Below, one piece after another: positions 40,336 through 55,580 of a stretch of 64,000 nt of DNA; the first letter of the stretch is position 1, and the number at the start of each line of letters is the position of its first letter. The stretch is from contig NC_043002.1 in NCBI RefSeq assembly GCF_006345805.1, forward strand, positions 23,870,001 through 23,934,000, in the 5' to 3' direction. The translations under genes and the position numbers were made by a program. Source of the stretch: Octopus sinensis (taxonomy: Eukaryota). The notes below the pieces were generated by a model. That model saw only the letters and a list, made by a program, of their open reading frames with translations, was not told where the DNA came from and made no database searches.

Positions 40336-41281
40336 GCACACACACACACGCACACGCACACGCACACACATAGCTTTGATAACACCGCTCACAGAAGGTA
40401 TTGAATAGAATTATACGTCACTCAATGCAAATACTTTCAAAAAACATGTATAACAGCATCTACACTCATTCAGATTGAGAGAAAAAAACAAATAAAATGT
40501 CATAAAACCAAATAAAAATGATGTCATTTATTATTATTTGCGCTAAATATAATCCCTACTTTAAAACTATTTTTGGTATTTTTTGATATTCTAGTTATTT
40601 TTCGCTTATTTTGTTTTTGTTGATCAAAAGAATTTCGACTCTAATCCAAGCAAGTCGTCTCTTCGTATGGAAAAATATTTCATTTTCATTAGAAGCTACC
40701 ACTTCCTTTCACTTTTATACTTAAAATGTATACACGATATAGTTAACTAACGTATACATACACACAAACACAAACACTGACATTTATGTAATAAAGGTAT
40801 ACATGCACCTATATGCACATGTGTCATCAGACAACTAATGAGTGACATTGATAGCATGATGTAATCCAACACATCTTACTTGGTCGGGTTGCTAGTGACT
40901 AAGCCGACACTTCCTGAAGAGTAACCTCATATGTAGGGTTGCTAGAAATCCCGTTGCACAAAAGCAAACCTGTCAAGAGGAACGGATGAATCCAACTTGG
41001 AATCATTGACACAGGCCACATGGACTACTCGAAGTTGTGAACGAACGCGCTGTATCTAGAACTAGTTTTAAAGTTCTTATGAGAGCATCTGCTAAGGAGA
41101 AAGATTCACTGATGCAAGACTGGGGGATCGTTCAGTCTGGTCATCTCAACGAATGTCAGTCAATCAGGAGGAAAGATGTTCTATCTTAAAAGCGAAGGCA
41201 TTCCTTTCACTCTTTATTCACTATAGAATTTCGTGAAGTTACAAATGGATAATGGACAATGATCGTTGTTTCTGTGGTGGT

Positions 41282-41816
41282 CAACGAAATTTTTTCCCAC
41301 GAGAGTTCCGGACCCCAGTTATGAACTCATTTGCATACAGCCAATCAGAGCTCAACAATCAAACTAATTTATGAGCGCATAACAAGTGGTAGGCGATAAG
41401 ATAAGGTCCCTTGGGTGAGGAATGACCATGCTTCTTTTCTCTTTTAATAATGCTTGTTATTCTTGTTCTTGTTTCAAACTTGACTACCTCTGCGTAGTTA
41501 TTTGTCTTGTTGTTTACTTTCTAAAACAGTAACGGGGGAGGGTTGCTAGCACATCATCCTTTACCCACATTTCCCCCCATCCACATTTTTATCATATGGG
41601 GCCCTAACAAAATCCGATAATAGTTATCGATGCAAATCTCCTTCTGAAATCAGGCATAACTTGGTGATCGGTCGACTTACAACACCGTTCTTCGTCTTGA
41701 GCTTACTTGGTAGAATGTGTTTGTTAACTCGACACGGTCAAGGTGAGCTCTGATTAGTTGTATGCAAATTAGTTCATTACTGGGGTCCGGAACTCTTGTG
41801 GGAAAATATTTCGCTG
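41282..41816. repeat. 72-bp inverted repeats containing octamer and CCAAT motifs (probable MITE)
   Basis: 41282-41353 versus the reverse complement of 41745-41816. A third arm-like copy lies at 56819-56890. Confidence 0.7.
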
Positions 41817-42271
41817 GCGGTCAAGATGCAAAATGCGTCTACAATGATGAAACGTTCCCGTTTCTCTAATTTAGTAAAGGCGGTAATAGTCACGTTCCAC
41901 CAGTTACTCACGTTGCTGCTCCGTTGTCGTTGTTAAAGGCTAGGAAGAGTCCTATTTGATTTTCAGTAACAAAGAAATAGCTAAAATATATTTACATTAT
42001 GTTAATTACGTTAACATTTATATATTATATACTTTGTGCCATATCACTTTTTCCTGAAATGTAATACTAATATTTTTATATATATTCATATATGTAAGTT
42101 TAAAGCCATTTTCTCGTGATATGATTCTTCATTTTATACAAACTTATTTCGAAGTACAAAAAACATTTGTTACCATGGAATTCCATAGAGACAAGGTATT
42201 ATTATATGTACTTGCAAACTGAACTATTCGCATGCTTTCCGGAAGGAGTCAACAGTGCAGTTATGTGTGTT

Positions 42272-42319
<48 letters not shown>

Positions 42320-42398
42320 CGTGCGTGCGTGTGTGTGTGTGTGCGTGTGTGTGTGTGCGTGCGTGTACGTGCGTGTGTGTGTGCACGTGTGTAGCTGG

Positions 42399-42462
<64 letters not shown>

Positions 42463-42739
42463 ATGAAAAGAGAAGACAAAGAAAATTTACACATCTTTAA
42501 CTATAAGTTACACATGTTTTGGTACCATCTCCATTAGCAACGCCAGTTTATGCGAAAATTCTAAAAGAAAAGTTATGTAATATATGCGCTTTTAGGCTTT
42601 GGAGAGACACTTCATCAGACTTGTATCAAATACATGCTGTTATATTATATTATAATGATTTGTATCTCTTGTTGTTATGATCGTATCGGGAAGAAATAAA
42701 AAGGAAGAGAATTAAAAGTGAGTGTGCGGGATAGGTCTG

Positions 42740-43091
42740 TGGGAAAAAAATTATGTAGTGGCGGGGGAATTCAACTTTTACGATTGATCTTACTACCGTC
42801 CTGGGGTAGTTAGAGTATCTATTAACATACTGGAGGTTTTCATTAGGTTTGTGATAAGGGCTATACAAATCTGTTTCGAAGTTCAGTGTTACATCTAGGA
42901 AGTTAACTATTCTATGGTTACAGTCTATTGTTACTGAGAGCCCAAAGTTACAGAAAAGGCTTCGAATTCTCTTGCTGATTCTCGAGTTTTACCTTACTAT
43001 ATTTGAAGAATGTGAACAAAGCATCATCCCTATAAAGACTGCCTTCCATATCTGCGAAGGCGGACTTTAATTGGTACAATAGGAACAAGCC
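42740..43091 (-). mobile_element. Penelope-like RT, downstream part
   Basis: GLFLLYQLK...SLYRDDAL...VNFLDVTLNFETDLYSPYHKPN...SNYP. Confidence 0.85.
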
Positions 43092-44525
43092 GGGTGTTAT
43101 ACCTGCGGACTGGAGAACAGCGATAATCTGCCCAATTTTCAAGAAAGGGAGCCGCGAAGACCCGCTTAACTACCGACCGGTTTCCCTTACTTCAATAATC
43201 AGCAAGATGCTCAAAACCATTCTTAAGAAAAGTATGTTGCTCCACCTCCAAAACACAGCCTCTATCTCTGATTCCCAACACGGCGTCGTGCCGAAGAGAT
43301 CATGCTTGACCAACTTACTGGTAATGGAAGAATTGGTGACGCGTATCCTCGATGATGGTGATGCTGTTGACATCGTTTTATTGGACTTTGCCAAAGCTTT
43401 TGACTCGGTAAACCACCGCCTATTACTTGTCAAGCTTCAAGCATATAGTTTCCATTCGGATATTGTACGATGGGTTGGTGCCTTCCTCTCAGATCGCTCC
43501 TTCCAAGTCCAAGTTAATGGTTCGCTGTCCGACGTCTCCAGTGCGAGCAGTGGCGTGCCTCAAGGTTCAGTGCTTGGGCCCTTATTGTTCTTAGTCTTCA
43601 TAAATGACTTGCCCGACGACCTCACGCAACACACCCTTCTATTTGCCGATGATGTCAAACTGGTCGCTCCTCGCGGTGATATAGAGGATCTTCGTCGATG
43701 CCTCCACCAAATTTGGAGATGGTCTAACGAATGGGACCTATGTCTGAACGTGTCAAAGTGCTGTCATCTGCCTGTTGGCTCTTCTCCTGCAACTCAACTT
43801 GATTTGGAGCCGGGTCGTCTGCTGCTGGAGAGGACCGACCAGGTAAAGGACCTGTGTATCTTGGTGGATTCTTCCTTTTCGCCTTAGGCCCAGTGCGTCC
43901 ATGCTGCCAACAAAGTACGCGGAGTTCTGTTTCTGATTCGACGGTCATTCGGAATGCTCACCAGCGTGACATAGAGCGTTAGGAATATTCCTAACGCTCT
44001 ATGTCACGCTGGTGAGACCCATATTGGAGTACGGGATTCAAGCCTCTTCTTCTTATCTCCTCAAAGACATACAGCATCTCGAAAGAGTCCAGAAGCTGGC
44101 TACCCGCATGGTTCTTGGTCTCAAGCATTTGTCTTATGAAGAAAGGCTGAAGACGCTCGACCTTTATTCTCTAGAAAAACGACGACGACGCCGTGGTGAT
44201 CTCATTCTTGCTCACAACATCATAAGCGGAAAGTGTAACCTCTCGAAAGAGCTGTTCTTCACTCCTGCTCCAGAGCGTCGGCTGCGGGGTCACCCCGAAA
44301 AGCTCTATCTGCGACGATTTCATCTCAATCGAAGGAGAGGGGCTTTCTTCGTCCGGGTTGCGGATCCGTGGAATAAACCGCCGGACGAGATAGTGAAGAT
44401 GCCGACGACCGCTCGGTTCAAGGTCTCCCTTGACCACAAATGGCCTGAACTCTTTGCATGAACACCACTCTGTACATAACTCCATGTCCCCCTACATGGC
44501 CTTGCTTTTTGCTTTTTGAGCAAAA
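43092..44525 (+). mobile_element. 5'-truncated CR1-clade LINE (RT pseudogene) inserted in the Penelope relic
   Basis: IPADWRTAIICPIFKKG..NYRPVSLTS, LLDFAKAFD, SGVPQGSVLGP, LFADD, LVRPILEY; (aactt)n tail; stop at 43885. Confidence 0.95.
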
Positions 44526-44529
44526 AATT

Positions 44530-45280
44530 AACTTAACTTAACTAAGCCAACTAAATCGGTGACTTGTGCCGAGTCACAAGCACCCAAAATTCCCTACCCA
44601 GGCTGGTGGGTACGTTGACGAGAAAATCCGGTTTGTGGTCTTTTAATGTAATCCTAGATTGTTAGGATACATAAGGCTCCGTTCTGTCTTGAATATTCAG
44701 GTACTCCACTATTTTGCGTCCTTCTTGGTTGATGTTATCCAAGGTATATGAATGTGTGGATTTGTATCCCTTGAATAGCTCCTTCGTTATGAGAACCCTG
44801 TAATGATCAAAGTTGTATAAGGTGCTGGTCTTATCCGATTGCACGAGTCCTTCATCACATTTCTTGAGCTCCTTGATGAGATCTCTAAGTTTCCTAAGGT
44901 GATTATTCTTGCGTAGCGGGTTTTTCTTAAACTTCAAGCTGCGTATCATAGCCATCAAATCATCTTCGAAACCATCGAGTGATGTGTTGTGGGATGAGTG
45001 GGGGGTTCCTTCTAGATTTGAATCCCTGTTCGGTTTCGTTCGTTTTATTATTCCTATCACGGTTTGTTTGATGTTCAAAGTGGAACGTCTTCCATCTCAT
45101 ACGTCTGATAACAGAATTGCTCTTCTGAATAAGGAGTTTGGTGTATACAGCTTTACTAGGGAGTGGTATGTTTTTCAGAGACGCATCAATGAGAATACTC
45201 TTCATCATTTTGGAAAGACTCTTTCAGCGCTCAATCAGATAGGTTTGAATATACGAAGTGTATTTCTGGTATAGAGCAAA
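44530..45280 (-). mobile_element. Penelope-like ORF, N-terminal part
   Basis: SLKNIPLPSK..YTKLLIQK..VIRRMRWKTFHF, FEDDL, SDKT, ITLKDHK. Confidence 0.8.
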
Positions 45281-45805
45281 TGGCTAAAGTCAGTTGTATA
45301 TGAAGCTGGGGTACTTCCAGAGAAGCACTCAACCCAAATACTGGGCTATAAGCACTGTCAGGATCCAAGCCAAGGCTGGAATACTTCTGGTGTAGAAAAT
45401 CCAAGTTTCACGACGATTATACCGTTATATGGTTTGATGAAGACTAAATAATCCACATTTGTGTATGGGTCTGTGTGTTTGTGTATGTATACCTATGTAT
45501 GTATGTATGTATGTATGTATGTATGTATGTGTATGTGTCCATATATATAAAATGTGTGTGTGCGTGTGCTAGTGCTTATTTGTATACGTGCATGTACTTG
45601 GATATATGTGTAGGTTTGTATGTATAGGTATTGGTGTGTATGGATAGAGAGATGTGTTTCACCCGTACTTTCGCTTTTCGTTCATTTCAACCGTACCTGT
45701 ATAATTGTATTTAGTTTGGAAGTACCCTGTCCAATCTCTAATTATTTTACCGCTAATGTGTGTGCGAATATATAACCAGGTATATATGTGGGGTGTATAT
45801 ATGTG

Positions 45806-45843
<38 letters not shown>

Positions 45844-45860
45844 GTGTGTGTGTGTGTGCG

Positions 45861-46038
45861 TGGCGATTTTTTTTCCTCCGTCTTCCCTTTTTTGGATCTT
45901 TCCTTTTCCTATGTTTCTGACGAAGAGCTCCGCTCGAAACGTTACACCCTCCTTCTTTCCTGAGCGTCCAATAATACTATACTTGTTCTACGTCCTCGCG
46001 TTGTTGTGTTTTCTCTTTGTGTTTTCATGTTTTGATTA

Positions 46039-46039
<1 letters not shown>
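45861..46039 (+). mobile_element. Second copy of the hammerhead-motif repeat (motif 45913-45947)
   Basis: Same core as 18628, but the 3' stem I strand is acac instead of aaac. Confidence 0.6.
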
Positions 46040-46118
<79 letters not shown>

Positions 46119-46159
46119 TATATGTGTGTGAATGTGTGTGTAGGTACATGTATGTAGCT

Positions 46160-49424
<3,265 letters not shown>

Positions 49425-49532
49425 TATATATATATATATGCATATGTGCGTATGTATATGGTTGTGTGCATATGTGTATGTATCTATGTATGTACAAATC
49501 CATGTATGTGTGTATGCGAGTATACATGCATG

Positions 49533-49567
<35 letters not shown>

Positions 49568-49724
49568 GTATATATATATATATGTAGCGTGGGTCTGTGT
49601 GTGTGCACGCGTGCGTATGTGAGTGTTTGTGTGTGTGTGGGGGGTCTCTGTGTGTGCGAGTGGGCGAGTATGTCTGCAAAACCCTGAATATATATACGTT
49701 TGTATGTATCTGTGTGGTGGAGTG

Positions 49725-52700
49725 TGTCACGACACGCCCTGCGAGAATAGACTTAACCGAACGACTATAAATAGTAGCGGTCTGAGTGAGGGAAGAGTAG
49801 GAGTTAATCGCAGAAGTCGTAAGGTGTCGTTTTGGTAGTTTGGCGGAATATCGTTTGTTGGTTCGTATATATTTCGGGGAGAGTTTGTTGAATTGCTACG
49901 TTGTTGTTACCATGCTTTGTTATATGTTACTACACGGTTATAGTGTAAAAAAGAACCGATATAACAATTTATGATACAATATTGTCAACGAGGATTCGAA
50001 GCTCACGCCGGTCAGTCAACAAATTTTTGTGATATAAAGTTGTTAATTATGGAAGACCTATTAGCTTCTATAATACTGTCGCAAAAGCAACAGCAAGAAC
50101 AGCAACAGAAGTTGCAGCAACAACTACAACAGCAACGACAACAATAACCACAGCTAATGGAGCTTTGTCTTAAGAAGTCCGGAAACACTATAGGTTCGTT
50201 TTCGCCAGACGGCCTCTCGAACTCTATAACAGAATTCATTTATGACTCAGAGAAGGGTATAACGTTTGCAGCGTACTTTAGAAGGTACGAAGAAATCTTC
50301 AGGGAAGATTGCAAGTCGTGGACGGACAACGAAAACTAAGACTATTATTGGATCTTTTCGGTTTAAACGGCAGTTTTTCTAGCGGTGTCATATGAAATTA
50401 TCACCCATAATTATGACCCAAGTATCGATCTATTGCATTTCAATCTGTGTTAGGGTTAGGGTTAGGTAGGGTTAGTTAGGGTTAGGGGTGGGGGGAAGGG
50501 TATCTTTTTTTTTTCTTCACAAATGTAAATAAACCCAATCTGTTTCTTAAACAAGGGACATATTCATACGGCACAGAATGTTTTCACCTCAATAGACGTA
50601 TTTGATTGGTTGAAATTGCAGAAATTGAAGAAATAAAAACAACAAATATCTTACAAACTATAGAATTTTCTCAATAAGCCAAGAGAAAAAGATGTTTTAT
50701 AAACACATTCTACCAGTATACGAAGTTTAAAAGTGTTTAGTTACGTGGAAATTATTTTAAAAAACTGCCTTTCAAACCGAAAAGATCCCTATTATTACGT
50801 AAATTAGCGCCGACTGAACATGAAAATTATTGTAATTTCATATAACCCCATAAAACACTAGTGAAATTTGTTTCCAGGAAACAGTGGAACTACTATCAAA
50901 AATATTCAGTGATAAAAGTTCCCTATTTAACACTCGATGGGAGTGTTGGAATTTAGTTAAAAAAAGGGGATGAAGAATTTGTCACGTATGCCGGGACCAT
51001 AAACCGAATGTGCGAAAGGTTTAAACTGAAGGAACAAACTCCTGATATGTTTAAGTGCCTCATTTTTGTACAAGGGCTTACGGCAAATAAAGATGCGGAG
51101 ACACGTGCAAGCAGACCAAAGCTTAACTCTGCAGACAGTTGCAGAGAAGTGTCAAAGAATGGTAAACTTACGTCAGGACGTAAAAAAAAATTAAAGAGAA
51201 GAAGTTCTCACAAGTACAAGCATGTCAACCGGGAAGGTATGAGCAACAAAAAATAAAGCTTAAGACCAAACCCATGCTACGGATGTGGAGCCCTACGTTT
51301 CAAGAAGGATTGTCCTGTCAAAACGCAAAAATGTTATAGTTATCGAAAAGTAGAACACAAGAGTTTACATTGCGGAACAAAGTTAGGAAGGTCGAATATA
51401 AAAAATTCTAAAGTTTTCTCAATCGAAAGTAGAAATGATACCATAAAGAGGAAATTTGTACATGTAAAAGTAAACGAACTGAATATTAAATTACAATTAG
51501 ATACTGGTAGCGACATCTCGATTATTAATACCGATACGTGGAAAAGAATTTGGAAACCTACGTTAAGAAAAACATGAAAATTGCACGAGGTGTAACAGGT
51601 GAAAAACTACACTCGGTAAGCGAAATGTAGAGTGATATCGCATTTTTGGGAAAACCTGTAGAGCAAAAGTTTTCATGGTAAACAACGCAACCAATCCGTT
51701 AGGTACGGACTGGTTGGAGTTGTTTGACTTATGGGACCTCCCCATAAGTCTGTTCCGCAAAAAATGAATAAACCACTGAAAATAACTCAGCAGCTGGATT
51801 GAAGAAAAAATTTTAAAACGTTTCCTAAAGTGCTGTCGGATAAATTAGGCCTCTGTTTTAAGACCGAGGCCTGTTTTCAAATAAAGGAAAACGTCGTACC
51901 TGTATTAAAACCTAATAGAAAGGTACCATTTGCTGCGATAAAGCAGGCTGGAGAAAATGGAAATAATTCAAAAAGTCGATTATTCTAAATGGGCAGCACC
52001 AACTGTGTGTATAAAGAAAAAAAGCGGGTGGGGGGTACCGATTTCTCTACTGGTTTGAATGACTCTAAAAATGCGTCACTATTCACTGCCTACTCCAGAG
52101 GATATTTCTGCAAGACTAAATGGTTGGAAAATATTTTCGAAACTTGATCTATCTGATGCGTGTCTGCAAATTAAAGTAGTGGAGGAATGCTCGAAGCGCC
52201 TAACATTGAATACGCATAGAGGACTATAGAAATATAATAGATTGCCATTTGGTCTGAAGGTCACACCTGCAATATTCCAACAGGTTACGGATGCGATGTT
52301 GGCTGGCTGTCAATTTGCAATTCCATACCTTGATGATGTATTAATTAAAAGTGAATATCGTGAACAGCATATCGAACATGTGAAGTGTGCTTTTCAAAAA
52401 ATAAGAGATTACAGTTACACACTCAGGGAGGAGAAATGTGAGTTCTTTTTGCCTAAAATTAAATATCTAGGACAAATTATAGATAAAAACAGAAGACGAC
52501 CTGACCCGTTGAGGGCAGACACAATTATAAATATACCTCCCCCAACTAACATAGTGACATTACAACCTTTTCTGGGCCTAGTGAAATATTATCAAATTTA
52601 TGCACCAAATATGTATGAATTGAGAGCTCCACTTAATAATTTGCTAAAGAAAGATGCCAAATGGAATTGGTAAAATAACTATCAAAAGGCGTTTCAGGAT

Positions 52701-53170
52701 ATTGAAAAATATTAATTTCGGATTTGTCGCTGGCTCATTTCGATCTTGCAGCGGAGATTGTTGTAACTTCTGACGCTTCTGAATACTGTATAGGAGCAGT
52801 TTAGCTACACAAATATAAAGACGGTAATATGAAGGCAGTTGTTCATGCCTCACGTGATCTGATTGCAGCAGAGAAAAAGTACGGTCAGATAGAGAAAGAA
52901 GCTCTAACGTTTATTTTTGTCGTGTAGAAATTTCAGAGATTTCTCCACAGTAGAAGATTTCGGCTTTAGACGGACCACCGACCATTAATATGAATTTTCG
53001 GATCAAAGAAAGGAATTCCTATCCATTCAGCTAACAGATTACAACACTGAGGTACAATATTGTTAAATTATAACTTTAAGATGGAGAACATTCCTTCTAA
53101 GAAAATTGGCCATGCGGATTCTTTATCTAGGTTAATTCCGAAGAATGCGAAACTGCTGGAAAATACGGTG
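49725..53170 (+). mobile_element. Ty3/Gypsy (K02A2.6-like) LTR retrotransposon relic, 3'-truncated before integrase
   Basis: 5' LTR TG..CA at about 49725-49978; PBS-like ttgtcaacgagga; gag from 50050 (EFIYDSEKGITFAAYFRRYE, CCHC knuckles); protease LDTGSD; RT LPFGL/YLDD; RNase H SDAS, EKEAL, TDHRPL, ADSLSR; many stops. Confidence 0.92.
50350..50788 (+). mobile_element. MITE with about 29-bp TIRs, 8-bp TSD and internal TTAGGG repeats
   Basis: ctattatt|GGATCTTTTCGGTTT...AAACCGAAAAGATCC|ctattatt. Removing it restores gag LRLLLRKLAPTEHE. Confidence 0.95.
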
Positions 53171-53622
53171 AAGCTGACTTTTTAAATTTTCAATCTATAA
53201 TCTTTTTTAATTTTTAAATTTTAATTTTAAATTCTTTAATTTTTAAAATCTTTTATTCATTTAACTGTATTTTTAATCCTATATATATTCCCTTAATTTA
53301 GGCATCTATTTTTTAGCTATTTTTAGCCTTCCTTACTGACCACTGAACTAAATATTCTTTCTGACCACACTCGAACCTAGAAGTCATCTATTTAATTAAG
53401 AGTCATAAATGCCTTCCTCCCCCACTTTATCAAAAACCTTAATGCCTGACTTCTCATTCCGAACCGACCCTAATGAAGAATAATACTGGCATCCTACTTT
53501 TATCTTTATTTTGATTTCTGATTTTTATTTTATTTTCGCTCTTATTCATTCTTTCCCACACTTCCCCCATTCATTTCGTTTCTCGCTGTCTTTCTCACTC
53601 TATATACTCACGTGAACCATTT

Positions 53623-54042
53623 GAATCTTTTCGGTTTAAACGGCAGTTTTTTCTAGCGGTGTCATATGAAATTGTCACCCATAATTATGACCCTAGTATC
53701 GATCTATTGCATTTCAGTCTCTTTTAGGGTTAGGTAGGGTTAGGGGTGGGGGGGAAGGGTATCTTTTTTTCTTCACAAATGTAAATAAACCCAATCTGTT
53801 TCTTAAACGAGGGACATATTCATACGGCACAGAATGTTTTCACCTCAATAGACGTATTTGATTGGTTGAAATCGCAGAAATTGAAGAAAAAAACAACAAA
53901 TATCTTACAAACTATAGAAATTTCTCAATAAAGCCAAGAGAAAAAGATGTTTTATAAACACATTCTACCAGTATACGAAGTTTAACATTTTTTAGTTACC
54001 TAGAAATTATGTTAAAGACTGCCGTTCAAACCGAAAAGATCC
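53623..54042 (+). mobile_element. Same MITE family, copy 2
   Basis: 8-bp TSD aaccattt on both sides. Confidence 0.95.
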
Positions 54043-55533
54043 AACCATTTTCATACTAACTAACCACTTAATCTATTCCTTCAACAGGAAGGCAACATTC
54101 AAAATACTGCCTGGATTTACCTGGGATTATACTTAAGGACTTATAAATTCACAGAAGTACGGACCAACCTCCATACCCTCTGGAAGAAGAGGAGCTGTGA
54201 ACTTTATTCTCCTGTCCGTATTATTCTATCTGCTGTTTTACTCTTTATTCTTCTCTCTGCTATTTTATTCCATTATAAACTGTGAATTTCCCTGTCGAGA
54301 ACTTTCATATATACTCATCTTGTCTCTGATGACGGAATACCAAGTGTTTAGAGATGCGAACCTATCACTTGGGATATCCCCAAAATAGCTGTAAGAATCC
54401 ATTAATTAATCAGTTAATTAATTGTCTAATTAATTCACCTTATTCTAATTAAATATATGTCTTGGTTTTGTTGTCCTTTTTTGCTCTAACTCGGAAGCTT
54501 ATTACGGATCCCTAACTCCAGCCTCAGCTGTGAACTTGGAACCTAACGTTTGACCAGTTTACACTTACACAGCGCACCTATTCGTTTAGATCACCAGTGA
54601 ACTGAACCCCACATATTCTACATGTATGTATGTATGTATGTATGTATATAGACTAACAGATATAACAGGAGTAAAGAATGTGTATGAAAAGTTGCACATA
54701 CAAATTACATGATGCAATAAAGTTTTATCATTACAACTCTTTCGGATTATCAATGGTTTGTTGATATATTATCAACAATATCTCCCTATTCCATTTGCCT
54801 GGTTCTTCTGATGATATATCGTAACCTTGCTGCACGGAGTTATCAAAACCATGAGTGTTGATATTTCTCCTTTGCTAATATATGCATATAATTACAATAT
54901 CGATTTAATATTGGACTTCCTTGTATACTATGCATGGTTATATCAACCAGTCATCGATTATCCGATACAGCTGTAAAGATAAGACTTGATTACATTATGG
55001 AATTTGTAAATGCAACTTTTCATGTAAATGCGTTCCTTATGCATGTTATCGTTTGGCTGTCTTTCTACTCCATACCCGCTCAGTTTTTATCTTTATTTCA
55101 AAGTACCAAAAACACTGCTGCCGAGAAATCTGAAGATAGAAAAACTGTAGTTATATTTACTCACAAGTTAAATTTGTGTCGTAAATTCTCAGAGCATGTT
55201 GATCGTGTTTATGAGTCTCAATGTTTGTATCTGCGGAAGTGGGGGAAGATCGGTGTATGTATCTGTACATCTGGCTGTTGACCGGTAATTTCATTGATTG
55301 AAAAGATTAACGTAGCATTCAGCTATTTTCGTAGTGTCATGTATACCCCCAGTTTTGTGGTGGACAATAGGACGGAGGTCAAGAAGGAATGTGAATTATA
55401 TATATATATATATATATAAGCATTAATAAATCTCCGAACGAGATGTAAACAGTAACCGCTCGACCACGTAAAGTGTACTAGCCATCTGAATATAAACTAA
55501 CACACCTACTTGTTGTTTCCTGTAAATTTGAAC

Positions 55534-55580
<47 letters not shown>

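Noticed and set aside
42585-42620. CTGATGAAG hammerhead-like start downstream of the Penelope RT (minus)
   Set aside because: No GAAA and no stem II pairing; at most a dead relic.
50451-50490. Telomere or telomere-healing site
   Set aside because: TTAGGG units are internal to a TSD-flanked MITE and recur in its other copies.
54800-55281. 115-aa ORF or LINE relic
   Set aside because: No recognisable motif in a consistent frame.
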